A stretch of DNA of 63,746 nt, filler included, from Octopus bimaculoides (taxonomy: Eukaryota): assembly GCF_001194135.2 (NCBI RefSeq). It is 5 parts of 5 records of this genome, joined end to end, with 100 filler letters (N's around TTAATTAATTAA, not from the genome) between each part and the next. Parts side by side here need not be neighbours in the genome. Positions count along the whole stretch, not along the records: positions 57,713 to 63,746 come from NC_068996.1; 4 more parts are not named here. One strand, 5' to 3'. The notes under the pieces are model-generated. The model made no database searches. It saw only the letters and a list, made by a program, of their open reading frames with translations, and was not told where the DNA came from. The position numbers were made by a program, and so were the translations under genes. Position 1 is the stretch's first letter. Each line of letters begins with the position of its first letter. Below, in pieces: positions 62,509-63,746 of this stretch.

Positions 62509-62860
62509 AAATGGATGATAGATCAGCAAGAGTGTTCACTGAAATGTAGAATGCATAGTGATTCAGATGAGACCATAGCTCATGTTGCATCAGAATGTCC
62601 ACAGTTTTCTCAGAATGAATACAAAGAAGTATGGACATGGAAAAATTGCTGCAATAAATCACTAGAATTTTTGCAAGAAACTTCATTCTGCATACACACA
62701 AACTCACAAAGCTGTAACCATTTTGTGGGAATAGAAAGGCAAGCCTTTGAAAATGATGAAGCTGGTTGTTGTAGGACTTCCCTATACAAACCAAAAGAAG
62801 AACAGAATACAAGAGGCTAGATATTGTTGTTAGTAACAGGACGACATGTATTGTAATCAG
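62509..62860 (+). mobile_element. RLE-type LINE remnant, right part (CCHC zinc knuckle and RLE endonuclease start)
   Basis: KWMIDQQECSLKCRMHSDSDETIAHVASECPQFSQNEYK (=CR.C...ETI.HI.S.C..LAQ.EYK), and downstream LDIVVSNRTTCIVI (=PDIV...C.IID). Confidence 0.75.
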
Positions 62861-62869
62861 TGGCAGCCC

Positions 62870-63195
62870 ATGTATACGAACTGCAGAACTACAGCACCCC
62901 CTATTTCCACTCAATATTGGCTGACTCCTGTGCAGATGGCACATAAAAAACACCATTTGAGCATGGCTGTTGCCAATACCGCCGGACTGGCCCTCGTGCC
63001 GGTGGCACATAAAAAGCACTCACTACACTCTCAGAGTGGTTGGCGTTAGGAAGGGCATCCAGCTGTAGAAACTGTGCCAGATCAGATTGGAGTCTGGTGT
63101 AGCCATCCGCTTCGCCAGTCCCCAGTTAAATCGTCCAACCCATGCTAGCATGGAAAGTGGATGTTAAATGATGATGATGATGATGATGATGATTA
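62870..63195 (+). mobile_element. SINE family C with (GAT)n tail
   Basis: GGCACATAAAAA repeated, GAGTGGTTGGCGTTAGGAAGGGCATCCAGCTGTAGAAAC central block, and a CCAACCCATGCTAGCATGGAAAGTGGATGTTAAA(TGA)n end. The same 3' end occurs inverted at about 58175-58232. Confidence 0.75.
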
Positions 63196-63746
63196 TCAAT
63201 AACATTCAATATAACGAGTCCTTTTTCCTTTAATTCTTTCTTTATACTTGTACATTATATAATCTTTAAGCTTAATGTCAATAGCCATCTCCTGGTTTAT
63301 GAAAAATAAATACAAAATTCCTTGTATAGAACTGTGCGCTTCACAGTTCCAATGCACATGTCTGTGATAAGGAGCTTCATGCTAGGGAGAAAGAGCACTG
63401 GTGTGCTGGTGAAAGGTAGTGTTTCTGTTAGACTCTGCATGTGCTGTGCTTAAAAACGTGTTTATATTCTTGAATGTGATAAAGTGTAGAATTAGATTAT
63501 TATCCTGCTTCCAGTTTCAGTGGTTGCTGCCAGGATTTGAAAAAAGGGCAGATTTGTACCCCTTATTTTGTGATTTAGGGGGAGATTTTTGAAAAACAAG
63601 ATGGAATTTGTGGCTGGGTTCAGTTTGTGGCTAAAATGTGAACCAATCAAGTTTATGTATAAATTTTCTTTTTATAAGTTTGTTTCCTTTTACACAATAT
63701 TAAAACAATGGCTAAAATTTTCTGAAGCAGCACCCCCACTAATTTT

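Overview
This is AT-rich, gap-rich eukaryotic genomic DNA, almost certainly octopus. The SINE families and the extreme microsatellite load match what I recall of Octopus, likely the O. bimaculoides assembly; I cannot verify the species here. The only host coding sequence I can support is the terminal exon (59477-59662, +) of a GRXCR1/CG31559-like glutaredoxin-domain cysteine-rich gene, with four CxxC motifs. Its upstream glutaredoxin exons are not visible and may lie in N gaps or outside the window. The rest is intronic/intergenic repeat landscape: about 30 tRNA-derived SINE copies of roughly four families, decayed RTE, CR1/L2-type and RLE (R4-like) LINEs, a Penelope-like GIY-YIG remnant, a mariner remnant, MITE-like inverted-repeat elements, a Helitron-type 3' end, and many micro- and minisatellites. 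The most interesting signals are three minimal hammerhead-ribozyme motifs (18780-18825 minus, structurally intact; 14005-14044 and 43566-43605, degenerate) tied to Penelope-type repeats, and a multi-layer nested insertion at 60.7-62.9 kb that can be reconstructed from two exact target-site duplications. Nearly all ORFs in the supplied track are microsatellite or N-gap artefacts. Four 44N-TTAATTAATTAA-44N blocks are artificial assembly joins.
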